A stretch of 63,678 bases of DNA, filler included, from an uncultured Methanosarcinales archaeon (GCA_964405295.1; 14 parts of 14 records of this genome joined end to end with filler, not necessarily neighbours in it); one strand, 5' to 3'. Shown: positions 38,455 through 48,699, counted from the whole stretch's first letter. The notes: a model not told the origin generated them from the sequence alone. Made by a program: numbers and translations.

Positions 38455-41400
38455 GAACTCGAAAAACAAGCAGACCGATTAATTGAGGCTATTAATAAAA
38501 AAACTACTATTAAGAAAAAGGTTAAACCAATTAAAGCTAAAGTAGTCAAAGAAACACTCGAAAAAAAGCCAAAGACCCAACCGGAGCAAAAGGTGAAAAC
38601 TGAGAAGCCTATTCTTCCACAAAAAGGAGATAAAATAAAAGTAACTCTTGGAGGAAAGGAAATAATTATTCCTTTTGATTTATTAACTGTTGAACCTAAT
38701 GGAAGAATTGTATTTGACCATTTTGGGATGAAGACTGCAAAACCAGAAGAATATACAATAGTAAAACAACCCGAAACTTTTGAAGAAAGACTTGCTGCTA
38801 CAAAAGAAATATCTGAAGCACAAAAATTAGTTCCTGAAATAAAAAATTCTGAACAAAGAACAGCTTATAATGAAAAAGTAGAGAAGTTACGAAACAAAGA
38901 ACGTATAAAAATTGCTGATGATAAAATAGCAAGTGGATTTAATAAATTAGCAGATATAACAAAAACAAGAAAATTTATTGTATCAGAAGGAGAAAATCCT
39001 CTTACAATTAAAAATGTTTATGATGCTATAAAAGATATTATTGAAGGTTATATTATTAAAGGACATTTATCTGCTGAACAAATTATTAAAAAATTAAAAC
39101 AAGATGTATTAAAATTTGGAATAAAAAATGAACATATTGATAAATATAATGATGAATTAGTTGAATTGATTGGAGAACAAAGAAAGAGGAAGCAAGTATT
39201 AAACAAAGTTGAAATATTAAAAAGTAAAATTACTGATTTAAAACAAACCCAAAAAGACATCGGAATTCAAGTGAAAGAAATAACTGATCATATTAAAAGA
39301 AATAAAAATTTTTTTAGTAAAAAAGATTATAATAATTTATTAACTATAATTAAAAATATTGCTAAACAAAAACAAGAAAGAAATATAAAAGGTGAAATTA
39401 TGATTAAAAAACCTTTTAGTGAATATTTAAAAGAAACTTTAGATATTATTGATAAAGCAGAAATTAAATATAAAGAGAAACTTAGAATAGAAAAAATAGA
39501 AAAACAAGAAAAAAAAGAAGTAGAAAAAATCACTAAAATTGAAACAGATATTAGTAAAGTATTAAAAAATTATAAAACAATTTCAAAAAAAGGAATAAAA
39601 ATAACAGAACTTTCTGGGTATGTAAATACTGCTAAAGATATATTTAATCAGTATAAATTACTAAAGAAAAAAGAAATTTCTCTTTTAAGTGAATTTAAAA
39701 ATTATGGATTTACAAAAGAAGAAGTATTAAAAGATGTAAAATTAGTATCTGAAAATGAATTTAGAGAATATATTGATAACCAGAGAAATTTAATTGAAGA
39801 AAAAAAGAATTCAAATAATTCTAAAGTTAGAAAATTAGCTATTTATAATGAAATTGCATTAAATGATATGCTACAAATGTATAATATGGATTCTGGAGAA
39901 TTAAATAATTTATTAAAAAATATTAAAAGAACCATAAAAGAAGGTAAACGAAAAGATGCTGATGAAAGATTAAAAAAAGCAGAAAAACATAATGAATGGA
40001 GAGAAAAAACTATAAATTTAGTTAAATCGGGAGTTGGAAAAGAATATTTTAGAGTTATAAATCCCAAAAGAGGTAAACATGTTAAAATGGATATGTTAGC
40101 TAATATTTACAATGTAAGAGCATGGTTAGGACATATAGGAGTAAAACTTGGAGTTAGACCAGAAAGAACTTTGTGGAGTGATCCATTAAATACAGAATTA
40201 TATGAAGGAAAAAATGGAATAATGGAATCTGAAAATAAACACGAAAATTTAAAAAGAGAAAATAAAAAAAATATTGAAGATATATTAAAAATATGGGGAA
40301 AAACTGCAATAGCAAGAGATAAAAGAGCAGCAAAACAAAAAGAACGTAATGATACGGGAGCTAAAGTAATATTTGCAGATGGAAGTACTGAAACACTAAA
40401 ATTAACTAAAAACGAAGCAATGGGTATTTTATTTCAATCAAGAGATACTGATACTCATTTAAGTTTTTTTAGACCTATTGAATTAATTAATGGTCGCCAA
40501 GCTGGAATGGGATGGAATGAAAAAACAATAAAAGCATTAGAAAAATATATTGGAGAAGATAATTTAAAAATACTTGATAAATTTCAAGAAAAGATTCCTT
40601 ATTGGGGAGAAGTAGCGGATAAAGTTCATATTTTTTTATATGGTGTTTCAATGAAAATTAAAAAAGAATATATTCCTACATCGAGAAAAGAAATGGCACA
40701 AAAAACAATAGAAGTAGATAAAGGAACATTTAATATGCCATCTGCATCGGGAGGACACTTAAAACAAAGGAAAGGTGTTACAGGAACTTATGACTATATA
40801 GATATTTTTGATTTATATAATGGATATGTAAATGATATGATTAATTATACTTCTTATGCAAAAATGTTTAAAAAATGGAATTCTATTTTTAATAATCCAA
40901 TTGTAAAAAAAGGACTTACAAATAAATATGGTAATAGATTTGCAAATATGTGGAAGTTCTATTTAAATAATATAACAGGACGAGCTGATTTACAAATGGG
41001 AGGTACAATTGATTATTTTGCAAGAACATTTCAAAAAGGTGCTTTATATTTATCAGCTATGGTACCATTAAAACAAATTATATCTACTGCATATTTTACT
41101 AATTATATTAAAGCTGAACAAATTCCTATATTTACTAAAGATATTCCTATTATATCTTCTGAAGTAATAATTAATAAATTTGCTAAAAAAATTGGAGAAG
41201 GGATAAAAAATGTTAATATAGAAATGTATAATTATTTAAGTAATACATCTTTTGTTAAATTAAGAAAAGAAAGAAGAGATGTTATTTTTGGTTCAGATTA
41301 TCAATTAGACCCCAAAAAAATTAAAATAATTGAAAATGATAAAACTTTATTAGATACTTATAAAAAAATTAAACAAGGTAAAATAAAACCTTATAGTAAT

Positions 41401-42756
41401 CGAGCAAAAGAATTTAATGATGCTATTGGTGGATCATTGATAGGTATGGCAGATAGAATGCCTATTGTAATAGGAGGAACTGCCTATTGTAAATTACAAT
41501 ACAAAAGATTGTCTGGTAAAAAATTAACATTAAATAATATTAAAAATGCTAATGAAGGTAATCCCAATAAACATTTTAAACAAACTTTAATTGATTGGGA
41601 ATCTATTGCAGAAAGTACACAACAATCAATGAGATCATCTAATCAGGCTTACTGGAGAGTGGCTAATCAATGGTCAAGAGCTTTAGTAATGTTTACATCA
41701 AGTCAACATCAATTAATGTTAGCAAGAATGTATCATAGAAAGGCTATGCAAAATTCATTTCAGGAGGGCAATATAAAAAGTGGTTTTAAACACATGCAAG
41801 CATATACTATGTTTGCAATAGTTAGTCCTCTTATATTTAGTTATTTTAATAATTCTTTTAGAATAGATGATGAAAAAAATATTGCAGAAAATGAACAAAC
41901 ATGGGATATTGCAATAGGAATGTTAGCATCAGGTATTCCTGGATTACATCAAGCAATGGAAGCTGTAAAAGCAACAGCATTAAAAAAACCATGGGGAGAA
42001 AGTTTTGATGTAAATCCAGTTATTGGTACTTTAGATAAATTAAGAATGCACGCTATAGAAGCAATAAGAATTACTGATGATGCAAGTAAAACTAAAGAAA
42101 CAAAAAATGCAGTATATACAAAATTAGCAATGGATATATTAAGATTAAAAGGTATAAATGCTCCACAAATTATTAGATATTATGATAATTGGTCTAATAT
42201 TAGTGAAACTGATTTTCCATTACAATCAGCACTTGGAATTAATTCAGATTATATTTCTGGTAAAAAATTATTGGATATAAGAAAAAATTATAATGATATA
42301 TCTTTTGAAGGTGAACAAAAAAAAGAATTTATAAAAAGATTAAAATATATTAATAATCAAAAAGGTAAAAATTTACGAATTGATTTAGATGATCCTAAAA
42401 TAAAAATGATTTATGATGCAATTTATAATGCAAGTCAAAAAGAAGACACATGGGCTATTAATTACATTTTAAAATTTGAAAAAACATTGCATAGTAAACC
42501 TGAAAAATATAATAGAAATGTAGATAAAACAGCATATTTAGCAAATATTTCTAAAGATGCAAAAACAACAGTATTAAATCTATATAATAAATTGAAACTT
42601 TATGGATATACAATGAGTAAAAACCTCAAAAAATTAGCTAAAGAATATGATAAAGGTAATTATGATTTAACAAAAGAAACAGAAAGAGAGAGATTAGAAA
42701 AAAATATTTCAAAAGAAGGAAAATCTAAATCAGAAAGAATAGAAGGTGAATTATAA
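38455..42756 (+). CDS. Very large phage-like protein (5' partial, over 1430 aa)
   Basis: Frame open from the contig start; Lys-rich helical N-terminal part; no motif recognised. Confidence 0.7.
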   Translation, partial: ELEKQADRLIEAINKKTTIKKKVKPIKAKVVKETLEKKPKTQPEQKVKTEKPILPQKGDKIKVTLGGKEIIIPFDLLTVEPNGRIVFDHFGMKTAKPEEYTIVKQPETFEERLAATKEISEAQKLVPEIKNSEQRTAYNEKVEKLRNKERIKIADDKIASGFNKLADITKTRKFIVSEGENPLTIKNVYDAIKDIIEGYIIKGHLSAEQIIKKLKQDVLKFGIKNEHIDKYNDELVELIGEQRKRKQVLNKVEILKSKITDLKQTQKDIGIQVKEITDHIKRNKNFFSKKDYNNLLTIIKNIAKQKQERNIKGEIMIKKPFSEYLKETLDIIDKAEIKYKEKLRIEKIEKQEKKEVEKITKIETDISKVLKNYKTISKKGIKITELSGYVNTAKDIFNQYKLLKKKEISLLSEFKNYGFTKEEVLKDVKLVSENEFREYIDNQRNLIEEKKNSNNSKVRKLAIYNEIALNDMLQMYNMDSGELNNLLKNIKRTIKEGKRKDADERLKKAEKHNEWREKTINLVKSGVGKEYFRVINPKRGKHVKMDMLANIYNVRAWLGHIGVKLGVRPERTLWSDPLNTELYEGKNGIMESENKHENLKRENKKNIEDILKIWGKTAIARDKRAAKQKERNDTGAKVIFADGSTETLKLTKNEAMGILFQSRDTDTHLSFFRPIELINGRQAGMGWNEKTIKALEKYIGEDNLKILDKFQEKIPYWGEVADKVHIFLYGVSMKIKKEYIPTSRKEMAQKTIEVDKGTFNMPSASGGHLKQRKGVTGTYDYIDIFDLYNGYVNDMINYTSYAKMFKKWNSIFNNPIVKKGLTNKYGNRFANMWKFYLNNITGRADLQMGGTIDYFARTFQKGALYLSAMVPLKQIISTAYFTNYIKAEQIPIFTKDIPIISSEVIINKFAKKIGEGIKNVNIEMYNYLSNTSFVKLRKERRDVIFGSDYQLDPKKIKIIENDKTLLDTYKKIKQGKIKPYSNRAKEFNDAIGGSLIGMADRMPIVIGGTAYCKLQYKRLSGKKLTLNNIKNANEGNPNKHFKQTLIDWESIAESTQQSMRSSNQAYWRVANQWSRALVMFTSSQHQLMLARMYHRKAMQNSFQEGNIKSGFKHMQAYTMFAIVSPLIFSYFNNSFRIDDEKNIAENEQTWDIAIGMLASGIPGLHQAMEAVKATALKKPWGESFDVNPVIGTLDKLRMHAIEAIRITDDASKTKETKNAVYTKLAMDILRLKGINAPQIIRYYDNWSNISETDFPLQSALGINSDYISGKKLLDIRKNYNDISFEGEQKKEFIKRLKYINNQKGKNLRIDLDDPKIKMIYDAIYNASQKEDTWAINYILKFEKTLHSKPEKYNRNVDKTAYLANISKDAKTTVLNLYNKLKLYGYTMSKNLKKLAKEYDKGNYDLTKETERERLEKNISKEGKSKSERIEGEL

Positions 42757-42893
42757 CATANNNNNNNNNNNNNNNNNNNNNNNNNNNNNNNNNNNNNNNN
42801 NNNNTTAATTAATTAANNNNNNNNNNNNNNNNNNNNNNNNNNNNNNNNNNNNNNNNNNNNTTGAGAGTCAAAATGTTTTAGTGATTATATAGT

Positions 42894-42915
42894 TGCATGA
42901 AACGACTGAAAATCC
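42894..42915 (+). repeat. Cassette boundary site 1
   Basis: TGCATGAAACGACTGAAAATCC. Confidence 0.95.
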
Positions 42916-43001
42916 GTTATTTTGTATTTACTTTCTGTTATTTTTAAAAATCCAATAAAACGTCCAATAAAATTGTTTAATAAGTAGAGGGAGGAATATA
43001 T

Positions 43002-43391
43002 ATGAAGAAGATTATATTTATACTATTAATATTTTTCATTACTTTCTCACTAATATCTTGTCAAAAATCAGAAACTACAATTTCTGACCGCTGTGATATA
43101 TATGACATATCGAGTGAGGTAGGAGTAGTTTTAGGGTACATAAATGGATATGCAATAAAAAGGACTGAAGTCAGTTGCGATTGGGTGGTTGGAGAAATAG
43201 TTGTAGATGGATATGATTTTGGTTATTTTTATTGGGGATGTTCAAGGGACTTAAATGGAATTGGTTATTATGCTGAAAAACATGATAATCATTATTACTT
43301 GCAGAGTCTTGTTGAGGAGCAAGAAATGACTACAGAACAAATATATCAATTTTATATGTGCGATTCGTTTCGAAATGGAAACATTGAATAG
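43002..43391 (+). CDS. Lipoprotein (cassette 1)
   Basis: LISC lipobox; GGAGG RBS. Confidence 0.8.
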   Translation: MKKIIFILLIFFITFSLISCQKSETTISDRCDIYDISSEVGVVLGYINGYAIKRTEVSCDWVVGEIVVDGYDFGYFYWGCSRDLNGIGYYAEKHDNHYYLQSLVEEQEMTTEQIYQFYMCDSFRNGNIE

Positions 43392-43510
43392 CAGAAGAGA
43401 TTTCTGAGTAGTATATATTTTGAAACCTTTTTCAGTTAATATTGGTTTCAATATCAAAGTATTTAGGATAAACGCTAAGGAAATTGACCACTTTGAATTA
43501 CTTCACAAGT

Positions 43511-43532
43511 TGCATGAAACGACTGAAAATCC
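43511..43532 (+). repeat. Cassette boundary site 2
   Basis: Exact 22-mer. Confidence 0.95.
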
Positions 43533-43569
43533 GTTAGTTAGAACGATTATAATAAAAAGGAGAGTAAAT

Positions 43570-43743
43570 ATGATAAAAAAAATTCATTTGGGAGCATCAA
43601 TTATATGTTTTGTAATAGGTTTAGTTGGATTCTTATCTAACATAGAAGAATTAGATAACTTTCTTCAAAATTTTAGTTTGCTATATTTTGGGTTGTTAAT
43701 TATTGGTGGATTTGGAATTACTAAATATGTATATGACAAATAA
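43570..43743 (+). CDS. Small two-TM membrane protein, 57 aa (cassette 2)
   Basis: AAGGAGAG RBS before ATG 43570; stop 3 bp before site 3. Confidence 0.75.
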   Translation: MIKKIHLGASIICFVIGLVGFLSNIEELDNFLQNFSLLYFGLLIIGGFGITKYVYDK

Positions 43744-43746
43744 CCT

Positions 43747-43768
43747 TGCATGAAACGACTGAAAATCC
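43747..43768 (+). repeat. Cassette boundary site 3
   Basis: Exact 22-mer, then ATGACTCGCTAATT, a decayed tRNA-like continuation. Confidence 0.95.
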
Positions 43769-43979
43769 ATGACTCGCTAATTTTCCGGGTATTTAGAATA
43801 AAGAGCAACAAGCTATATTATAAATAATTTCTACTAGTGATATGGAAGGAATAACAAAGCCCATTTGTTATTTTAGTCAAAATGAGTACGGTCTGTAATT
43901 TATTATGACATCACTCAAATTACTTAAAACGCCTATAATTTTTAACTTATGTTACAATTGATATTGAGGAGCTGATAAT

Positions 43980-44705
43980 ATGTGTACAGCAATAAATAAA
44001 AAATCAATATCATACGATTCATATGATAAAATGGCAAAGTATTATTATGAGGTAGTAGATAAAAAACCATTTAACGCATTATATGAACGTCCAGCGTTAC
44101 TTTCACTACTGCCTGATGTAAAAGGAAAAGTTGTCTTAGATGCTGGTTGTGCAGCTGGATGGTATACAAAATGGCTTTTGGATAATGGCGCAAAAACTAT
44201 CGCAATAGACTTCAATAAGAAAATGGTAGATTTTACTAATCGTAGAGTAGAATCACAATGTCTTGTACAACAAGCAGATTTGAATAATCCTCTGGATTTT
44301 TTAGCAGATGAATCAATAGATATAATAATATCTTCATTAACACTACATTATATAGAAAATTGGGATTTTGTATTCAATCAGTTTTATAGGAAATTGAAAA
44401 AGAATGGAATCGTAGTGTTTTCAACTCACCATCCTTTTATGGATTTTCATATGTTTAATATTGAAAATTACTTTAATACAACTTTGATTCATGATGAATG
44501 GGAAACAAACAATGGCAAAGTTAAGGTAGACTTTTTTAGAAGACCTTTACAAGATATCATTAACCCGGTTTTAAATAACAATTTTGAAATAATAAAGCTG
44601 TTAGAACCTTTTCCAACTAAGGAATTTGAAAAAATTCAACCAAAAACCTATAAACGTTTATGTAATAATCCACATTTCCTATTTATTAAAGCTGTTAAGA
44701 AGTAG
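43980..44705 (+). CDS. Class I SAM-dependent methyltransferase (cassette 3)
   Basis: VLDAGCAAG, SSLTLHY and FSTHHP. Confidence 0.9.
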   Translation: MCTAINKKSISYDSYDKMAKYYYEVVDKKPFNALYERPALLSLLPDVKGKVVLDAGCAAGWYTKWLLDNGAKTIAIDFNKKMVDFTNRRVESQCLVQQADLNNPLDFLADESIDIIISSLTLHYIENWDFVFNQFYRKLKKNGIVVFSTHHPFMDFHMFNIENYFNTTLIHDEWETNNGKVKVDFFRRPLQDIINPVLNNNFEIIKLLEPFPTKEFEKIQPKTYKRLCNNPHFLFIKAVKK

Positions 44706-44872
44706 TTATAAATTATGCATAAAAAAAAGAATATAATTGTAGAGAGATATAGTTTTCTTATAGACGATTTTTAAGCAATGGAAGAGTATAAATATATTAA
44801 TAAGCTACAATCTAAAACGTTATAACGATCCATATCATTAATAATTTTAACTATTATGGGAGATAATACCGT

Positions 44873-44929
44873 TGCATGAAACGACTGAAAAGCCATGTGT
44901 CGCCAGTTCAATTCTGGCCCGAACCACCA
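44873..44929 (+). other. Cassette boundary site 4 continuing into the 3' half of tRNA-Phe(GAA)
   Basis: GACTGAAAAGCCATGTGTCGCCAGTTCAATTCTGGCCCGAACCACCA (44883-44929): anticodon loop, T-arm, acceptor strand and CCA; no 5' half. Confidence 0.9.
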
Positions 44930-44942
44930 TCTATATAGAAAT

Positions 44943-44965
44943 AAAGCCGTTTATTGGCTTTTTTT
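44943..44965 (+). terminator. Rho-independent terminator after the tRNA fragment
   Basis: AAAGCC-GTTTATT-GGCTTT followed by a T run. Confidence 0.7.
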
Positions 44966-45085
44966 ATTTGGACTTGCACAGCAATATCAATCATATATTG
45001 AAATGCTACGTTTACTAATTTTGATAAAATAGTTATTATTATTTTTTGATTTGGTATAATGGAGAAAGAGAATAAGGTGATGAAA

Positions 45086-46243
45086 ATGAATAAAAAACAA
45101 AAAATTGCTATCTTAAGTATTTCATTGCTTATTATTATGTCAAGTGCTGCAATTTCACCTGCCTTACCATATATTGGTGAATATTTCAGTAATTCAAGTG
45201 AATTGATGATTAAGATGGTAATCTCTTTGCCTGCTATCTTTATAATTCCTGTAACTTTGGTCACAGGCAGGTTGATTTTTTATGTTAAAAAGAAACATTT
45301 ATTGTATGTAGGGCTATCATTATATATAATTGGTGGATTGGGGGGAGCATTACAAAATTCAATTTATCTTTTGTTAGTATTTAGAGCATTGATGGGGATT
45401 GGTATAGGTGTCCTTATTCCTTTAACTAGAGGCCTTATTGCAGACTTTTTTACAGGTGATGAAAGATCTAAAATGATGGGATACTCATCTGCCTTTAATA
45501 ATTTAGGCGGGATAATAGCTACAATACTCGCTGGTTTACTAACGGTGTATGGTTGGAGATATCCTTTCTTGGTTTACATACTTGCTTTTGTCGTTTTACT
45601 CTTAGTTATATTTTATTTGCCAAATCAAGATATTCCTCCAAAAGAAACACACAAAATTCATATTAATAAAAATGTGTGGATGATAGGACTTACCCATTAT
45701 ATGATGATTATTACTTTTTATGCAGTTCCTTCAGGGTTAGGTTATTTTGTTTTAACAAATAATTTTGGTGGCGGGGTCACTACAGGTCTTTTGATTTCAA
45801 TTACAACTTTATGTTCTTTCTTTTTAGGGATAGTTTTCCATCGTTTAAAATTACTTTTAAAAGGAGGGACAATTTTATTTGGGTTAATTATACTTACATT
45901 AGGTATGCTTGGTATTGGAATTTCAAGTAATCTATTTCAAGTAGCTATTGCATTGGCACTTGTGGGATTTGGAATGGGTATTATACCACCGATGATATAT
46001 TTACAAACTTCATTAGTTAGCTCCAAAAATGATGTTGTTTTATCTTTGGCAATAGTATCAATATTTTCATTTTTAGGTCAATTTTCTTCTCCTATTATTA
46101 ACAGTTTCTTTCAAAGCATCTTTAACTATCATAGTGCTGGATCAACGTTTATAATTTCAACGTTTATCGGGTCATTTACAATCTTAGTTTTAATTGTCAA
46201 CAAATTTATTAGTGTGTATAGAAAATCAAACCAAAATGATTAA
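45086..46243 (+). CDS. MFS transporter (cassette 4)
   Basis: About 12 TM segments; FRALMGIG and LIADFFTGDER; start may instead be 45080. Confidence 0.9.
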   Translation: MNKKQKIAILSISLLIIMSSAAISPALPYIGEYFSNSSELMIKMVISLPAIFIIPVTLVTGRLIFYVKKKHLLYVGLSLYIIGGLGGALQNSIYLLLVFRALMGIGIGVLIPLTRGLIADFFTGDERSKMMGYSSAFNNLGGIIATILAGLLTVYGWRYPFLVYILAFVVLLLVIFYLPNQDIPPKETHKIHINKNVWMIGLTHYMMIITFYAVPSGLGYFVLTNNFGGGVTTGLLISITTLCSFFLGIVFHRLKLLLKGGTILFGLIILTLGMLGIGISSNLFQVAIALALVGFGMGIIPPMIYLQTSLVSSKNDVVLSLAIVSIFSFLGQFSSPIINSFFQSIFNYHSAGSTFIISTFIGSFTILVLIVNKFISVYRKSNQND

Positions 46244-46380
46244 ATTTGAATAAATCACTATTTTTGCGTAATATAACAAGTTACAACTAGAAATGTTATA
46301 CCGAGCCGTATCACAAATAATTGTAACTAATGATAAACACATTTTTTCGAACTCCAAAAACTTTATTTGAAGTGGTTTTG

Positions 46381-46402
46381 TGCATGAAACGACTGAAAAT
46401 CA
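46381..46402 (+). repeat. Cassette boundary site 5
   Basis: TGCATGAAACGACTGAAAATCA (21/22 match). Confidence 0.95.
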
Positions 46403-46451
46403 ATATGTTTATATATTATTTAGCGCTTATTTACAATTAAAGGAGAAGAAT

Positions 46452-47033
46452 ATGAAATTGGTTAAATCATTTTTACCGTTTTTATTGATAATAATTATTA
46501 AATTATGTATAGACTTAACCTATTTTCCACACGAAACCATTTATCATTTATTCAAAAGCATTGTATATTTTTATGTACCTTATATAGTAGTTATATTGTT
46601 TGGAATATTATATTTTAGAAAGTTTAAAAGATTTAAATTAATATTAATTATTTCAAGTATATTAGTATTTCTAAATATAGTTCTAGCTTATGGCCCTTTG
46701 TTTATGCATATAGTATTTTATACAACATCTGGTTTTGTTATTGAATTTGAAAGGTTCTCAATAATATTCTCTATATTATTTGCCTTAATCGCATTAATAT
46801 ACTCTATTAATTCTAAAAATAATATAGCTATTATATTTGCATTTATTTCTATTTCTATAGCAATTTATGTAGAAATTATGTATATACCAAACTTGGATTA
46901 TAATCCATATGAAGAATTCAAATCACTCATACACTTTGGTTTATATAGAAGTATTGGAAGATCGATTCTTTCGATGATACTGATATCGTTATCAGTCTTC
47001 ACTGGGTTCTTTTCTTTATTAAAATCAGAATAA
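46452..47033 (+). CDS. Multi-TM hypothetical membrane protein (cassette 5)
   Basis: AAGGAG RBS before ATG 46452. Confidence 0.75.
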   Translation: MKLVKSFLPFLLIIIIKLCIDLTYFPHETIYHLFKSIVYFYVPYIVVILFGILYFRKFKRFKLILIISSILVFLNIVLAYGPLFMHIVFYTTSGFVIEFERFSIIFSILFALIALIYSINSKNNIAIIFAFISISIAIYVEIMYIPNLDYNPYEEFKSLIHFGLYRSIGRSILSMILISLSVFTGFFSLLKSE

Positions 47034-47105
47034 TTCTTAAAGCATTTTAGTTTTTTAAACCCGTTTTAAAGAGGAAAAAAGAAATCTAATTTGACTTCTT
47101 GACTA

Positions 47106-47127
47106 TGCATGAAACGACTGAAAATCC
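47106..47127 (+). repeat. Cassette boundary site 6
   Basis: Exact 22-mer. Confidence 0.95.
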
Positions 47128-47262
47128 ATTAGTTCAAATAAAATATATAGTTTATTTGTTNNNNNNNNNNNNNNNNNNNNNNNNNNNNNNNNNNNNNNNN
47201 NNNNTTAATTAATTAANNNNNNNNNNNNNNNNNNNNNNNNNNNNNNNNNNNNNNNNNNNNCA

Positions 47263-48009
47263 AAGGAAATATTAACTAAGATTAAAAGAGACATTGGTTC
47301 TATTCCTTTTCAGCAGGAGTATTTAAATAATCCAATAGATACGACGTCTTCAATAATTAAGCGAGAATGGATAGAAGCATGTTTTGATAAAACTCTTTCT
47401 CATGAGGACACAAAGAACATGGAGTTTACATATAAAACATTAGGTTGTGATTTTGCATTCTCGGATCGTATCACAGCTGATACGTCGCCATTTATGGGAT
47501 TGGGTAAATATAATGATAAGAAGTATTTACTATCTACGATAGATGACATTCATAAAGGATTGTCAGTCACTGAACAAATGTCAATTATTAAAGACCGTTT
47601 GCATGCTACAAATAATTATGATGAAATAGGTTTAGAAGAAAATTCAATTAAAGCAATATCAAAAGATATTGGTCAATGGAACTTACCCATCACATTGTTC
47701 TGGACAGCAGCAGCTGATCCAGCAGCAAGAAAGAAACCTGATTACGATTGGAGTGAGAAACGTCATACAGTTGGAAAGATTAATTTAATTATGAGATTGG
47801 GAACTGCATTTGAAAATAACACTATTGTTATTCCATATAAGACTGAACGTGATAAACAACTAGGAGATAGATTGTTGTCAGAGTGTACATCGTTTGCACT
47901 ATCAGATGGTAAATTGGTTGAAGCTAGTGTTCACCCAGATATCCCTATTGCATTGGGTTATGCTTTAGAGTTAATGAATAAAGGAGGGGTTTATTTTAAT
48001 TTTGGATAA
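47263..48009 (+). CDS. terL: Terminase large subunit, C-terminal nuclease part (5' partial)
   Basis: FQQEYLNNP, LGCDFA and HPDIPIAL. Confidence 0.85.
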   Translation, partial: KEILTKIKRDIGSIPFQQEYLNNPIDTTSSIIKREWIEACFDKTLSHEDTKNMEFTYKTLGCDFAFSDRITADTSPFMGLGKYNDKKYLLSTIDDIHKGLSVTEQMSIIKDRLHATNNYDEIGLEENSIKAISKDIGQWNLPITLFWTAAADPAARKKPDYDWSEKRHTVGKINLIMRLGTAFENNTIVIPYKTERDKQLGDRLLSECTSFALSDGKLVEASVHPDIPIALGYALELMNKGGVYFNFG

Positions 48010-48313
48010 AATGGGGTTTGATACAAAAGAACGAAAACTATACGCAATAGATATGGATGGCACCCTCACAAACGGAGAAAGATATTGGAACGGTGAAAAG
48101 ATTACATCTAACCAAAAAATGATAGATTGGGTTAATAAAAAATATAAAGAAGGTCACATAATTATTATATATACAGCTAGACCTTATGAAGAAATCAGAA
48201 AAACAATTGCTTGGTTGATTGAAAATAAAGTAATGTATCATGGAATTAACATGGACAAAATGGGCGCAGATTATTATATTGATGATAAAGTTATAAATGT
48301 GGAGGATATATAA
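48002..48313 (+). CDS. Minimal HAD phosphatase
   Basis: IDMDGTL, YTAR and YYIDDK. Confidence 0.85.
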   Translation: MDKMGFDTKERKLYAIDMDGTLTNGERYWNGEKITSNQKMIDWVNKKYKEGHIIIIYTARPYEEIRKTIAWLIENKVMYHGINMDKMGADYYIDDKVINVEDI

Positions 48314-48699
48314 TGGGAGTTGCTGAATTTCCAAGTACAGAATGGTATTATAATTTTCATAAAGATTCAATTAATAGAGAGAACATTGGGTTTAGGTATA
48401 AAAATGAAAAAGAAGTTGAAGAAGAAGTAAGACAAATAATTATAAAAAATGAAAAATTGCGTAAGGAAAGAGTAGAAGAGAAGACTAAAGATAGAGTATT
48501 TCAAAAAATTAAAAAAGAAACAATGATAGTTCCAAGAGACCCTATTAGAGATAGAGTATTTCAAAAAATTAAAAAAGAAACAATGATAGTTCCAAGAGAC
48601 CCTATTAGAGATAACTATTTTAAGGGTTTATCAAATAAACACCAATTAAAATGTATGTTAATGTTTACACAAACATTATTGGAGGATATTTATGAATAA
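48313..48699 (+). CDS. Viral hypothetical with a 20-aa duplication
   Basis: Exact 60-bp tandem repeat, 48489-48613. Confidence 0.6.
   Translation: MGVAEFPSTEWYYNFHKDSINRENIGFRYKNEKEVEEEVRQIIIKNEKLRKERVEEKTKDRVFQKIKKETMIVPRDPIRDRVFQKIKKETMIVPRDPIRDNYFKGLSNKHQLKCMLMFTQTLLEDIYE

Larger units (their letters stand above)
42894..47127 (+). mobile_element. Putative gene-cassette array delimited by tRNA-Phe-derived sites
   Basis: Six direct copies of TGCATGAAACGACTGAAAATCC, with one + strand gene in each interval. Confidence 0.7.

Noticed and set aside
43420..43569. Upstream ORF-track extensions at 43420 and 46380 running through the repeat (MHETTEN)
   Set aside because: RBS-supported starts lie downstream at 43570 and 46452; the shared peptide is just the translated repeat.
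44883..44929. Functional tRNA-Phe gene
   Set aside because: Only the 3' half is present and the anticodon stem cannot form.
42894..47127. CRISPR interpretation of the 22-bp repeats
   Set aside because: Intervals are 236-1508 bp, variable, and contain whole genes; no cas genes are present.
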